Positions 47,418 through 57,085 of a DNA stretch of 64,000 nucleotides are shown piece after piece; position 1 is the first letter of the stretch; each line of letters opens with the position of its first letter. The notes beneath the pieces were generated by a model. The model ran no database searches, was not told the origin of the DNA, and saw only the letters and a program-made list of their open reading frames with translations. This DNA is from a virus, in the IMG/VR virus record IMGVR_UViG_3300042429_001107. One strand, given 5' to 3'. The position numbers and the translations under genes are program-made.

Positions 47418-48093
47418 GAGAATAGTCGGTGTCGATTTTTCGTTGAACTCTCCTGGGTTTTGTATACTAACAAATGATAGCTGTAAATGGATAAGTCTTC
47501 ATAGAACAACTAACATCATAGATAAGATGCTTAAAAAAGAGGGATCTCCTTTTAAAGTTCTCAATGATAATGGGAGTGTCTCAATAAATATTATTTCCAA
47601 GAAAGAATTTACTGGAGAATATCACGAGAAGGAAAGACAGAAGATTTTAAACGCTGTTTATTTTTCTGAAGTTGCTTTGGATCTTTTATCCCCATATCTC
47701 GACGAGAACACTATAGTGGGTATGGAAGGTTTATCTTTTGGATCTAATGGTAATTCACTTATAGATATTTCTATGACAACCGCTCTAATTAGAGCTGGTG
47801 TAGTTAAGAAAATAAATCCTGATAATTTCTATGTGATCTCTCCGACCACACTTAAGAAATTTGCAGTAAAAGGAAATGCTAAGAAAGATGAGCTTTACTG
47901 TAAGCTTATAGAAGACAGAATATCTGAGGACAGATTAAAACCACTTTTGAATGTTTTGAAGGAATATAAAGATTTATGGATCAAAGGAGCGGGTAAAGTT
48001 GAGAACCCTTGTTCTGATATAATTGATGCAACATGGATCTGTTTGTTTATTGAGGATAATTTAGAGAAACTTTTATCTGGTAGTAAGATATAA
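47395..48093 (+). CDS. RuvC-like Holliday junction resolvase
   Basis: IVGVDFSLNSPG, MEGLSFGS, SPTTLKKF..GNAKKDE and DIIDA RNase-H-fold motifs. Confidence 0.75.
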   Translation: MLNLKSDKRIVGVDFSLNSPGFCILTNDSCKWISLHRTTNIIDKMLKKEGSPFKVLNDNGSVSINIISKKEFTGEYHEKERQKILNAVYFSEVALDLLSPYLDENTIVGMEGLSFGSNGNSLIDISMTTALIRAGVVKKINPDNFYVISPTTLKKFAVKGNAKKDELYCKLIEDRISEDRLKPLLNVLKEYKDLWIKGAGKVENPCSDIIDATWICLFIEDNLEKLLSGSKI

Positions 48094-48095
48094 AT
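48066..48095 (+). promoter_or_regulatory. Putative early/middle promoter GAAAC-N18-TATAAA(T) (SSB operon)
   Basis: Same spacing as the copies at 11503, 60822 and 63250; overlaps a TATAAATA at 48089. Confidence 0.5.
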
Positions 48096-48131
48096 ACTAA
48101 ATAATATAAATTAAAAAAAACTTGAATTATT

Positions 48132-49097
48132 ATGGAAGAAAATTTTGACATCTTTAATCTTGACAATGAATCGTTTGTTAAGCAGGAAATTAAAACAAAG
48201 GACGATGATGAGTTTATTTATAAACCTTATCCCGAATTAGGAAAAGACGGAGTGTATAAATCTTTAATTAGATTCTTACCTAACATCACAAATCCTAAAA
48301 AATCTAAAATTCACCAATATTATGTTTGGTTGAAAGATCCAGTAGACGGAGCAAATCACAAAGCTATTTGTCCATCTACGGTAGGAAAAAAATCAATACT
48401 TAAAGATCTTTTTTGGAAGCTTAAAAATTCTGCTTCTGCTAAGGATCAGGATTTATCTAAATCATTCTCTAGAAAAGAAGATTTTTATTCTTTAATTCAA
48501 GTAGTTAAAGATGCAAATCGACCAGACTTGGAAGGTAAAATTATGATATTCAAATTCGGTAGAAAGGTTAACGATATGATCGAGCAACAAATCAAACCAG
48601 AATTCGGAAATCCTTCAAATCCTTATGACTTATTCGAAGGTAAAAACTTCGGTCTTCAAGTGAGAAAAGTTGGAGAATGGAACAACTATGATCTTTGTCA
48701 ATTTGTAGGAGATAAAATGGCTTTAATTATTGATGGAGTATCAGTAGAAAGATCTGAAGAAGGTAGAGAGATGGTTACAAACTTTCTTAAGACTGGTCCT
48801 TTAGATATAGAAAAATATGATTATTCTGATTGGGACGATGAAGAGAATGAAAAAATCATGAGAATTATTAGAAACACAATTCCTGACGGAAGAATGGTTT
48901 CTGAGATTATCGGAACTAGTTCAGATTCTAAACCAGTAAGTACAACTGCTTCTGTAGATTCATTCTACGAAGATGCTAATAGCAGAACATCAACCCAAGA
49001 ATCTAATGATACAGAGGATGAAGCTCCTGCTAAACCTGCTAAAGCACCAGCTAAAAAATCTGCACCATCTTTGGATGATCTTTATAACGATCTATAA
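48132..49097 (+). CDS. Single-stranded DNA-binding protein, T4 gp32-like
   Basis: LIRFLP, CPSTVG, EGKIMIFKFGRK, PYDLFEGKNF.L, WNNYD; acidic tail SLDDLYNDL. Confidence 0.85.
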   Translation: MEENFDIFNLDNESFVKQEIKTKDDDEFIYKPYPELGKDGVYKSLIRFLPNITNPKKSKIHQYYVWLKDPVDGANHKAICPSTVGKKSILKDLFWKLKNSASAKDQDLSKSFSRKEDFYSLIQVVKDANRPDLEGKIMIFKFGRKVNDMIEQQIKPEFGNPSNPYDLFEGKNFGLQVRKVGEWNNYDLCQFVGDKMALIIDGVSVERSEEGREMVTNFLKTGPLDIEKYDYSDWDDEENEKIMRIIRNTIPDGRMVSEIIGTSSDSKPVSTTASVDSFYEDANSRTSTQESNDTEDEAPAKPAKAPAKKSAPSLDDLYNDL

Positions 49098-49110
49098 ATA
49101 ATGGATTGTT

Positions 49111-50184
49111 ATGGAAACAAAGGATATAAGTGTCCTATCAGTAGATAGGGTTAAAGGAATAGTTAATTCTGCTTTACTTAAGTTCTTTGGTAATGATCCT
49201 CAAAGATTAAAAATCTATCAAGGGGGCAACAGACTAAACTTCTGTTGCCCTTATTGTGGAGACTCCAAAGACGCTAAGAAAAAAAGAGGAAATCTTTATG
49301 TCGATACATTAACATATAAATGTTATAATGGTGGATGTGCGGTCTTCAAAAATCTAAATCAATTTACTAGAGATTTTGAAATCAACGGAATGCTTTCCAC
49401 TGATGAAATTGCAGAGATAGCAGAGATATCTAGAAATTCGACTATAAGGAAAAAAATAAGAAATTCTTTAGATTACTTTTTTTCTGAAAATTACAAAGAT
49501 ATACTTGTTGGTAGAGAGGAATTTAAACATGCATTAAATCTTCTAGAAGTGAAAGGAACATACGGAGAGAAATGGTTAATCGAAAGAAATCATGTACCCG
49601 ATAATAAATTCCTATGGGATCCTAAAAGAAGGAACTTATATCTCCTGAATCTATCCGGAGATGAAACAAAGATACTTGGTCTACAGATTAGGCCTATAGT
49701 AAAAAAGAATAGTGGAAGTAAATACTACACTTACAAGCTTAGTGGTATTTACAAAAATCTCCTAAAAGAAACAAACCCCGAAATTATATTAAAAGCCGAA
49801 GAAGTTGATCCAATATCTAGCGTTTTTGGATTCTCTACTGTGGATCTAGATTCAATGATAACAACTTTTGAAGGTCCTTTAGATGCTTGGCTTTGTCCTA
49901 ATGCAATAGCATTATGTTCTATAAATAATCCTTTTCCTTTTGATGTAACAAACAAAAGATGGTTATTAGATAGCGATGAGGTTGGGAGACAAAAAGCCAG
50001 AGAATTTTTGGAAGCGGGCGAGGAAGTTTTTCTATGGGGAAAATTTATAAAAGAATGTGAATTACCAGAAAGGGATAAATGGGATTTAAACGATGTGGTT
50101 AATTATGTAAGATCCACAGGAAAGAAGATCAAAAGATTAGATAATTACTTTTCTGTTGATAAATGGGATATTATAGATATATGA
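49111..50184 (+). CDS. DNA primase, T4 gp61-like
   Basis: NFCCPYCGDS..KRG..YKCYNGGC zinc finger; TOPRIM motifs FEGPLDA, DSDEVG, WDLND. Confidence 0.85.
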   Translation: METKDISVLSVDRVKGIVNSALLKFFGNDPQRLKIYQGGNRLNFCCPYCGDSKDAKKKRGNLYVDTLTYKCYNGGCAVFKNLNQFTRDFEINGMLSTDEIAEIAEISRNSTIRKKIRNSLDYFFSENYKDILVGREEFKHALNLLEVKGTYGEKWLIERNHVPDNKFLWDPKRRNLYLLNLSGDETKILGLQIRPIVKKNSGSKYYTYKLSGIYKNLLKETNPEIILKAEEVDPISSVFGFSTVDLDSMITTFEGPLDAWLCPNAIALCSINNPFPFDVTNKRWLLDSDEVGRQKAREFLEAGEEVFLWGKFIKECELPERDKWDLNDVVNYVRSTGKKIKRLDNYFSVDKWDIIDI

Positions 50185-50366
50185 AATATAAAAAGAACAA
50201 CAACAAATTTAAGTTCCCTGTAGATATAAAAGGTGATTTAGATGTTCCCGATTTTGATATATCTGATAATTTTTCCACAGAGATAGTAAAGAATAAGATA
50301 GACTCGGAAGTTAAAGAGATATCAAAAAATAAGAAAAAGAAATGTCAGAGCAACAACCTAATGTAG
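50181..50366 (+). CDS. Small hypothetical protein
   Basis: ATGA overlap with the primase stop; start MKYKK. Confidence 0.45.
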   Translation: MKYKKNNNKFKFPVDIKGDLDVPDFDISDNFSTEIVKNKIDSEVKEISKNKKKKCQSNNLM

Positions 50367-50809
50367 AGAAGAAAGATTTCGATAAAGGATTTCAAATAGA
50401 AAGAGAAGAATGGACAGAAAAAATTAGAGAACTTTCTATTAGAATGAAAAATATTAGAGAACTTGCAGATGTGCAGGTAGATCTTTATTATAATAGACAG
50501 ATATTATTAGAATACTCTGCTAAGTTGGGTCAGGTAATGAGCAAGCTTAATGCTAAATTTAGAAAAGATAAGTCTAATAGATTAAAATACTATTCTGAAA
50601 TGTCTCAAGTAAAATATGGGGCTAATGAAAAAACCCCTTTAATAGAAGGGGATCTTTCTGAATTAAAAGAAAGAATGGATCTTGTTGATGGACAAATATC
50701 TTTCCTTAACGAGACTATGAAAACTGTCGATCACATGCTTTATGGTGTGAAATCAAGAATATCTTTAGAGGAATATTTAAGATCAGGAGCGGTTAAAAAT
50801 AACTATTAA
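50342..50809 (+). CDS. uvsY: Recombination mediator, UvsY-like
   Basis: 155-aa helical protein with LKYYSE and I.FL.ETMKTVD.M.Y.VKSRI..EEY pattern, immediately upstream of uvsW. Confidence 0.55.
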   Translation: MSEQQPNVEKKDFDKGFQIEREEWTEKIRELSIRMKNIRELADVQVDLYYNRQILLEYSAKLGQVMSKLNAKFRKDKSNRLKYYSEMSQVKYGANEKTPLIEGDLSELKERMDLVDGQISFLNETMKTVDHMLYGVKSRISLEEYLRSGAVKNNY

Positions 50810-50811
50810 TA

Positions 50812-52353
50812 ATGTTAAAATTTGTAGTAAGTGAAGATAGAAATTGGTTAAGTCTTATAGATTACGAAGAGGAATTTGAAAGAAAACAGATTGATATATC
50901 TTTAACTAGAAAAATACATAATCATTATTTTCATCCATTAGTTAAGAAAAAACATTGGGACGGAGCAATATGCTTTGTTGATAAAAGGTTACCTATTTGG
51001 AGAGTGCCTTCTGGACTTTGGTCTGAGGTATACCAGATATGCGAAAAATATAAAATAGAGGTAGAAATAAACGGACTAGAAAGAATCATCGATAATTCTT
51101 TTACCTTAGAAAAATACACTGAATGGTGTAATAAATTCTTTAAGGGGGGTGTCGGAGGGGATCCTGAAAAAATGCCTAGGGATTACCAAATAGAAACAGC
51201 ATGGAAGATTATAAAATTTAAACTTTCTGTTTCCGAGGTAGCAACAAGTTCTGGTAAGACCCTAATCGCTTTTATGGTAATGGCTTATCTTAAGGAGGTT
51301 TTAAAGGTGAAAAAATTCCTTATGGTAGTTCCTAACACCAATCTAGTTATACAAGGATCTGAAGATTTTGAAGAATATGGTCTAGAGAAATTAGAAGACT
51401 GCGAGATACAACAAATTCATGGATCTAATAAGAAAAAGATCTCTGGTGGATTAATGATAGGTACATATCAATCTTTAGTTAAAATGGATCCTGAATTTTT
51501 TGATGATGTGGAAGCTGTATTTGTAGATGAATGTCACCAAGCTCAAAGTGCATCTATTAAAAAGGTAGTTGCATTATGTAAAGACTCTAAATGGAGATTT
51601 GGGCTATCTGGAACATTAGCTAATAAAAATACTGCAGAGTATTTAACTATACAACAATTTCTTGGACCTTTAATTATGGAGATTTCTCCAAAGTTTTTAT
51701 TTGATAACAAATATGCTACTCCTGTTTCTATTAAGATAGTTAAAATGGATTGGATGGACGAGGAAGTTAAAGAGAAGCTTGCTACATTAAAAGAAACTAA
51801 AAATGAGATGGAGGGTAACGAGCTTTTTAATCTAGAAAGAAAGCTTGTTGTTAATTCTGACAAGAGACTTAATTATATTATAAATTTTGTTCTTAAAACA
51901 TCAAAGAATTCTCTTTTACTTTTTCAATCTGTTGGCGAGGGATATGGTAAAAGAATATATGACGGAATAAGAGAAGGGTCTAATGATAGAGAGGTTTATT
52001 ATATAGACGGTGACACTGCTCCTGATAAAAGAGATATTTTCACTAAAAGAATGGAAGAAGGTATTAATAAAGTAATGGTTGCTTCTTTTGGCACTATGTC
52101 TACTGGTATATCTGTTAAAAATATACACAATATATTTCTTATTGAATCATATAAATCTGAAGTACTGATTAAGCAGAGTTTAGGTAGGGGGATGAGACTA
52201 TTTGATGGTAAAGAGAAAGTTAATATTATAGACTTTGTTGATGACTTCTCTTTTGGTGGAAAAGACAACTATTTGCTTAAACATTCTAAGGAAAGAATTG
52301 AAATTTATAAAAAAGAGCAATTTGAATACAAGATATATGAGATCAAAATTTAG
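50812..52353 (+). CDS. uvsW: SF2 DNA helicase, UvsW-like
   Basis: PRDYQ, ATSSGKT, DECH, FGLSGT, STGISVKN and QSLGRGMR motifs. Confidence 0.9.
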   Translation: MLKFVVSEDRNWLSLIDYEEEFERKQIDISLTRKIHNHYFHPLVKKKHWDGAICFVDKRLPIWRVPSGLWSEVYQICEKYKIEVEINGLERIIDNSFTLEKYTEWCNKFFKGGVGGDPEKMPRDYQIETAWKIIKFKLSVSEVATSSGKTLIAFMVMAYLKEVLKVKKFLMVVPNTNLVIQGSEDFEEYGLEKLEDCEIQQIHGSNKKKISGGLMIGTYQSLVKMDPEFFDDVEAVFVDECHQAQSASIKKVVALCKDSKWRFGLSGTLANKNTAEYLTIQQFLGPLIMEISPKFLFDNKYATPVSIKIVKMDWMDEEVKEKLATLKETKNEMEGNELFNLERKLVVNSDKRLNYIINFVLKTSKNSLLLFQSVGEGYGKRIYDGIREGSNDREVYYIDGDTAPDKRDIFTKRMEEGINKVMVASFGTMSTGISVKNIHNIFLIESYKSEVLIKQSLGRGMRLFDGKEKVNIIDFVDDFSFGGKDNYLLKHSKERIEIYKKEQFEYKIYEIKI

Positions 52354-52359
52354 AATTCG

Positions 52360-52367
52360 GATATATA
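52360..52367 (+). promoter_or_regulatory. Putative late promoter (GATATATA) opening the tagged-cargo cluster
   Basis: Motif copy 20 nt upstream of ATG 52388. Confidence 0.55.
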
Positions 52368-52387
52368 AAAGAAATAATTAAATCTCA

Positions 52388-52987
52388 ATGAGAAACATCA
52401 AAGAATATAGAGATTTCTGTATTAATGAATCTGAAGAATTATTCTTTAGCAGACACTTAGGAAATGATGCTAAGACATATGGTGATAGGGCTAAAAATCA
52501 TTATAACCTACCTGAAGATGCTAGTATATTACAAAAAACTCAAAGGTTCTTTGGGTACATCGAAGACAAGCTAAACAATATTGCACAAGCAGGACAAGAT
52601 ATAACAAGACAAAATAGAGCTGTTAGAGGCGGGGGTTTAAATACTGGATATGAAATGTTATTCGGTCTTCCGGCTATTGTACCAGGAGTACTTAAAAGAG
52701 TATTCGGACCTACTAAATATGAGATTTCTAAAAGAGTACCAGCTAAGGATGAAGATGTAGATGTTGAGTTCATGAGACACACAAATGAGGATTTTGCTAA
52801 AAATGAACTACCGAACATTAAAACTGAGCAACAATTAGAAGATAATATCACCGAGCTTTATCAAAAAGCTCAGGTTAATAAAGGACAGGTACCTGCTCTA
52901 GATGATATAGGAATGAATAGAGCTTACCTTTATTATACAAAACAAAAAAATCCTAATCAACCTATATTCCAACCAAATAACGCATAA
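52388..52987 (+). CDS. Hypothetical protein with capsid-targeting-like N-terminus
   Basis: Starts MRNIKEYRDFCINES. Confidence 0.6.
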   Translation: MRNIKEYRDFCINESEELFFSRHLGNDAKTYGDRAKNHYNLPEDASILQKTQRFFGYIEDKLNNIAQAGQDITRQNRAVRGGGLNTGYEMLFGLPAIVPGVLKRVFGPTKYEISKRVPAKDEDVDVEFMRHTNEDFAKNELPNIKTEQQLEDNITELYQKAQVNKGQVPALDDIGMNRAYLYYTKQKNPNQPIFQPNNA

Positions 52988-52991
52988 AAAA

Positions 52992-53744
52992 ATGAAAAAA
53001 TTCTCTTTAGTAATAGAAAAGAAAAGACAAGACTTAAAAGAAGCAGAACTTGTAACTGAAAGAAATCAGTATTTAGATTTCTCTAAGAAGTACAATAAAG
53101 AACATGGTGTTTCTGGACCTTTTGATAAAAAATTCAAAGGTGATGAAAAATCACAGGAAGAGTACATGCAAGGTCTTTCAATGGCTTGGGACGAGTACAA
53201 GAAAAAGAAAGGTATTAAACTTAAATCTAATAGCAAAGACTTTGCTTTCAAAAAGAAAATGAATGAGTCTAAATCTTCTGATATGGCTAAGCAGATGATC
53301 GGTGATGGCGGAGATCCTAACTATCATTTTGTTACTATGTGTGACGATTACATGTTTGAGAAAGAAGATGCTATGATGAATTATAGTAAAGAGCCAATGT
53401 CTGCTCCTTTAAAGATCAAAACCACACCGGATTTTGGAATCTATACATTCGGTCCTTTTATGAATATAGAAGAATCAAAAATGTTTGCTGAAAGCATCGA
53501 ATTAGATGAGATCAACGGACCAAGAATGGTAACTATACAAGACAGAAAAAATGGTGAAGTATTCTCTAAATTCTTATCATGTAAAATGCAACCAGTTTGG
53601 GACGAGCATATTGAAGAGCATGTAGGAAGCATGGAAGATGAAGAAGACGAAGAAGAGGAAGAAGATCCTAACATGGAATACACTTATGGTGATGAAGATG
53701 AAGGTACTGACGATGTAGTTTACGATGAGGATGAGGAGGAATAA
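52992..53744 (+). CDS. Hypothetical protein with highly acidic C-terminus (internal head protein candidate)
   Basis: MKKFSLVIE start; LKEA, VTER and MNES sites; poly-Glu/Asp tail. Confidence 0.55.
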   Translation: MKKFSLVIEKKRQDLKEAELVTERNQYLDFSKKYNKEHGVSGPFDKKFKGDEKSQEEYMQGLSMAWDEYKKKKGIKLKSNSKDFAFKKKMNESKSSDMAKQMIGDGGDPNYHFVTMCDDYMFEKEDAMMNYSKEPMSAPLKIKTTPDFGIYTFGPFMNIEESKMFAESIELDEINGPRMVTIQDRKNGEVFSKFLSCKMQPVWDEHIEEHVGSMEDEEDEEEEEDPNMEYTYGDEDEGTDDVVYDEDEEE

Positions 53745-53746
53745 AA

Positions 53747-54193
53747 ATGATGAATCAATTACAAAGTCAAGCTCTATATCCAGTACTGCAACACTATACT
53801 GGTGAAAAGATAACTTCAATATCTGTTCTTGATGATCATAATCTTATTTTTAATACTTTCATTGGTGATGATGGTTTTGTTAATCAGAACACAGATGGAG
53901 ATTGGGAAATAATAATAGAAAACAAAATTGTCTATACAATAGAGAAGGATGTTTTTGAGGTTCTTGTAAAACCAAGTAGAAAAAGTTCATTAGAGAATTA
54001 CGTTGGTATTCTTAATGATCTTTTTAATGATAAAAAAATAAGCAATAGATCAAGGATATTGGTTTTTAATATCCTCCTATTTCTAGAAGAATATATAATA
54101 AACTCAGACTTTCTTCCAAAGAAGAATTTAAGAGTTGGTCCTTTTAGTATTTTTAATTACAAGGGGAATAAATTTGTTTACTGTTTAAATTAA
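53747..54193 (+). CDS. Hypothetical protein
   Basis: ORF with 2-3-nt gaps to its neighbours. Confidence 0.5.
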   Translation: MMNQLQSQALYPVLQHYTGEKITSISVLDDHNLIFNTFIGDDGFVNQNTDGDWEIIIENKIVYTIEKDVFEVLVKPSRKSSLENYVGILNDLFNDKKISNRSRILVFNILLFLEEYIINSDFLPKKNLRVGPFSIFNYKGNKFVYCLN

Positions 54194-54196
54194 AAA

Positions 54197-56230
54197 ATGT
54201 CTGGAATAAAATATTTAGCCGATATCTACGAAAAAAAAGGAAAGGATTTTATAGAAAAACTTTTCAGCCAGGAACTTAGTGTTACTGAGAATCTTGATGG
54301 ATCATCTTTTTCTTTCGAAAAAGATTTTACTGGTGACAATATTTCTTTTTATAAAAAAGATCAGGAAAATCCTATAACTAAAGTTGATAGGATATTAATG
54401 AGATACTACGATAAGCCTATAAATTATATAGATTCCCTTCCGGAGTCAGTAAAAGCTGAGATACCAAAAGGATGGAGATTTGGTATGGCTTATTTTCCTA
54501 ATACAAAGCCAGTAAGAATTGAATATGAAAGACTTCCAAAAAATCATTTAATTCTAACACATATTCTTGTAAGGGACGAATTTGGCGAAACCACAAGAAC
54601 TATACAGGAGAAAGACGAACTAGATGAATGGGCAGATAAGCTCGGAGTAGAAAAAGCACCTATTATTTTCCAAGGAAAATTAAACGACGATCAGAAAATG
54701 TCTATTATGGATTTTTTATCAACTCCATTAATGGATTTAAAAACACGTTTCAAGACTGAAAGTTTTTCTAAGTATCTAATATCTTTATTAAATCCAGAAA
54801 TAATTAAGACCACTTTAGGTAAGGATTTACAAGGAGAGATAGACTCCTTGGTTTTTAGATTCGAGGAAGATGGTAAGGAAGATGTTGTTTTAGCTAAAAT
54901 GGTTGATCCAGTTTTTTATGAAATAACAAGAGATAGAAAAGTTACAAGGTCTTCTTACTTCCCTAGCGACATTTATTCTCTTTGTCTAATAGATATTATG
55001 AATTTCATATTAGAAAGAGGTGTAGAGAGCTTTAGCGCAGAAGGAACTGAGCCTGAGGAGAGGTATATTAATTTTGTATTCTCCGTTTTTAAAACTTTTT
55101 CGTACGAAGAGGGAGAAAGATATATTGGTGCAGACTTTGATAAACCTGAGTATCTTAAATCTGAAAACTTTGACATTAATAAGGAACTAATAGTCGATAA
55201 AGATGTTGTTGAGTATTTAGATAAAGATGAAGTTTATTGTGATATCCTCCAAATGGTATTAAATTCATTTAGAAAATTCAAAAGAAAACCTCATGGGTTT
55301 TTCACTGAGGGTCTAATAGAACAATTCAATCTTCTTGTTGAAGAGATAGCTGATTATATAAATGCTAAAAGAAAAGATAGGATAGAAGAATCTTTAGGAG
55401 TTCCCACATTTGTTTGGTTTAAAAAAACAGGAAGTAGATTTAAAATCACTGACGATGAATCTTTAGAAGATGAAATAGATTTAGATTCTATTATAGAAAA
55501 TACAGTATTTAATGAGTCTGATCTATTATCCGAATCATTAAATGATATCAATGAAAAAGATGACGAATCTATTGAAGAATTAAAAAAATCCGAAGATGAC
55601 GCATCTGAGTTCTTTTCATTTAAAGATTTTAAAAAAGTGGTATCAACTCATAAAGAGAAAAAGAAAACAAAAATATTAAATGAGGAAAACCAAAAAGTTA
55701 ATTTAATAATTGGTAAATTCCAGCCATTTAATAACGGACACCTTAAAATGTGTACAAGACTTAAAAAAGAAAATGACCTCCCCGTTTTTCTTTGTGTAGT
55801 TCATCCAGGAGGAGAAACTTCATCTAAAAAATACCCTTTTTCCGAAGAGGCTATTAAGAAGTCTATAGGATCTTTAACAGCAGAAAATGATAAATTATTT
55901 GCTGGTTATAAAATAGTTCCTACTGATCTTTTAGAAGATGCTATTAAATCTATTGCAGAGAATGTAAATCCTATATCAGTTTGTATAGGAGAGAAAGACT
56001 TCGAGAATATGGTTTTACAAAGAGACTGGGTTAGAAATAAATACGATCTTAATGGAAATGATATTGAAATATTTAAAACTCCATATTGGTCTAATAATGA
56101 AGAGATAAGATCGTATATACAAAATACAGATTTCCAGAAATTCAAAAATAAAGTACCTAAATCTATTGCTGTTCTTTTTAATGAGTTTGTAAAGGAAATT
56201 CAAGAATCTTCTAATGAAGATAATATATAA
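54197..56230 (+). CDS. Fusion of RNA-ligase-like nucleotidyltransferase domain (motif I Lys absent) and HIGH-type cytidylyltransferase-like domain
   Basis: VTENLDGSSFSF (KxDG motif with N), LGVEKAPIIFQG, IDSLVFR, LAKMVD; C-terminal IIGKFQPFNNGH..YPFS. Confidence 0.6.
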   Translation: MSGIKYLADIYEKKGKDFIEKLFSQELSVTENLDGSSFSFEKDFTGDNISFYKKDQENPITKVDRILMRYYDKPINYIDSLPESVKAEIPKGWRFGMAYFPNTKPVRIEYERLPKNHLILTHILVRDEFGETTRTIQEKDELDEWADKLGVEKAPIIFQGKLNDDQKMSIMDFLSTPLMDLKTRFKTESFSKYLISLLNPEIIKTTLGKDLQGEIDSLVFRFEEDGKEDVVLAKMVDPVFYEITRDRKVTRSSYFPSDIYSLCLIDIMNFILERGVESFSAEGTEPEERYINFVFSVFKTFSYEEGERYIGADFDKPEYLKSENFDINKELIVDKDVVEYLDKDEVYCDILQMVLNSFRKFKRKPHGFFTEGLIEQFNLLVEEIADYINAKRKDRIEESLGVPTFVWFKKTGSRFKITDDESLEDEIDLDSIIENTVFNESDLLSESLNDINEKDDESIEELKKSEDDASEFFSFKDFKKVVSTHKEKKKTKILNEENQKVNLIIGKFQPFNNGHLKMCTRLKKENDLPVFLCVVHPGGETSSKKYPFSEEAIKKSIGSLTAENDKLFAGYKIVPTDLLEDAIKSIAENVNPISVCIGEKDFENMVLQRDWVRNKYDLNGNDIEIFKTPYWSNNEEIRSYIQNTDFQKFKNKVPKSIAVLFNEFVKEIQESSNEDNI

Positions 56231-56239
56231 TTAAAAAAA

Positions 56240-57076
56240 ATGAAGAAGATATTAAGCTTTAAAGATTTTTCACTATACGAATATCAAAAATTTGACAACT
56301 CACTATACAATAAAATTAACGAAGCTACATTTACGGACGAGGTGGAGAAAAGAAAATATGATCCGGTAGCTTTCAAAAAAATGAGGGCTGCAGTTTTCTT
56401 TCTAAACGCACAATATCCTTTCTTTGGAGGTCTTTTGTCTAGATTAATCATTAGAGAAAATAGAGGTATAAAAACAATGTGTACTGATGGAGTAAGTATT
56501 CACTACAGCCCAGGATTTGTACATGAACATACTGATGATGAAATAATGTGGGTAATAGCCCATGAGGTTTTACATTGTGCTTTATTACATTTCCTAAGAA
56601 TGCCAGGAAAGGATTCTAAAACAGTAAGTATATGGAATTATGCTACAGATTATGCTTTAAATCAGATGCTTACACCAGTCGATGAATCAAATCCAGGTAA
56701 TCCTAAGCCTAGCGAAAAGAGAGGAGACTCTATAGGTAAAATGCCAAAGGGAGCATTATATCCTGGATGTGGAAGAGTTTCTTACGATAAAGAATTTGTT
56801 GGATTATCTGCTGATAGCATTTATGGTATTTTAATTAAAAATGGATTTCAACCAGATCCGGAAGATTCGCAAGCTGTTAATCCTCCACCACCTCCACCAC
56901 CACCAGCTCCTCCACAGATACCTGTAGTCGGAGATATTATATTCGACCCAGCTAGTGGTAACTACGGTGTGGTAAATAGCGTAGATGAAGATAATGATTC
57001 AGTGGATTATGATCCTATACCAAAATCTAAGGTTCCTGAATATATTAGAAAAAAATACGAGCAAGACAATTTATAA
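56240..57076 (+). CDS. DUF2201-type metallopeptidase domain protein with capsid-targeting-like N-terminus
   Basis: PFFGGL, TMCTDG, AHEVLHCALLH (HExxH), WNYATDYALN; start MKKILSFKDFSLYE..KINEA. Confidence 0.8.
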   Translation: MKKILSFKDFSLYEYQKFDNSLYNKINEATFTDEVEKRKYDPVAFKKMRAAVFFLNAQYPFFGGLLSRLIIRENRGIKTMCTDGVSIHYSPGFVHEHTDDEIMWVIAHEVLHCALLHFLRMPGKDSKTVSIWNYATDYALNQMLTPVDESNPGNPKPSEKRGDSIGKMPKGALYPGCGRVSYDKEFVGLSADSIYGILIKNGFQPDPEDSQAVNPPPPPPPPAPPQIPVVGDIIFDPASGNYGVVNSVDEDNDSVDYDPIPKSKVPEYIRKKYEQDNL

Positions 57077-57085
57077 AATCGTAAT

